Below are positions 63,833-64,000 of a stretch of DNA of 64,000 bases, piece by piece. The notes beneath the pieces were generated by a model. That model was not told the DNA's origin. It saw nothing but the letters and a program-made list of their open reading frames with translations, and did not search any database. This stretch comes from Heptranchias perlo (Eukaryota): positions 121,644,001 to 121,708,000 of the forward strand of contig NC_090327.1 in the NCBI RefSeq assembly GCF_035084215.1. The letters are read 5' to 3'. The position numbers and the translations under genes were made by a program. The first letter of the stretch is position 1. Each line of letters starts with the position of its first letter.

Positions 63833-64000
63833 ACAGAGTGGATCAGGAACCAAGTGGGAACTTGAGAATTCAGTGAGAGTGGGACTCTGGTAAAGTAGTG
63901 GGTGAATTGAAATTAAAATTTAGTTTAAAGTTGAACTTAGAACTTTAAAACTTTAAAAGAAACTGCAAGTTAGTTAACGGTTAACAGAAACTGCAAGTCA
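63833..64000 (+). mobile_element. 5' end of another copy of the same CR1 family, inverted relative to 63097-63260
   Basis: Near reverse complement of 63097-63258; runs off the window. Confidence 0.8.

Overview
Eukaryotic, repeat-rich vertebrate DNA. The repeat families (SacSINE1/DeuSINE-type SINEs, shark-type CR1 LINEs) point to an elasmobranch (shark); I cannot determine the species. Two host genes are supported. (1) The 5' part of SUSD5 lies on the minus strand: coding exons 1-3 at 29905-29821, 26893-26716 and 21748-21630 splice in phase into a signal peptide plus Link-like domain, with a CpG-rich promoter at about 29.8-31.4 kb. No sushi-domain exon was found, so it presumably lies left of the window. 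(2) One apparently intact T-cell receptor gamma V segment lies on the plus strand (leader 58479-58521, V exon 58613-58921, 23-RSS 58922-58960), head-to-head with SUSD5. The rest is transposon-derived or tandem repeat: many CR1 and L2-group LINE pieces, DeuSINEs, a decayed GalEa-like Ty1/copia element with its PBS and a matching solo LTR, two other solo LTRs, Harbinger-like MITEs, a Penelope-type fragment with a minimal hammerhead ribozyme, and about 10 unrelated minisatellite arrays. Almost all long ORFs in the supplied track are repeat artefacts or LINE fragments. I found no prokaryote-type system such as CRISPR. All calls are by eye; exon, RSS and TSD coordinates were counted base by base, while LINE, SINE and array boundaries are approximate.
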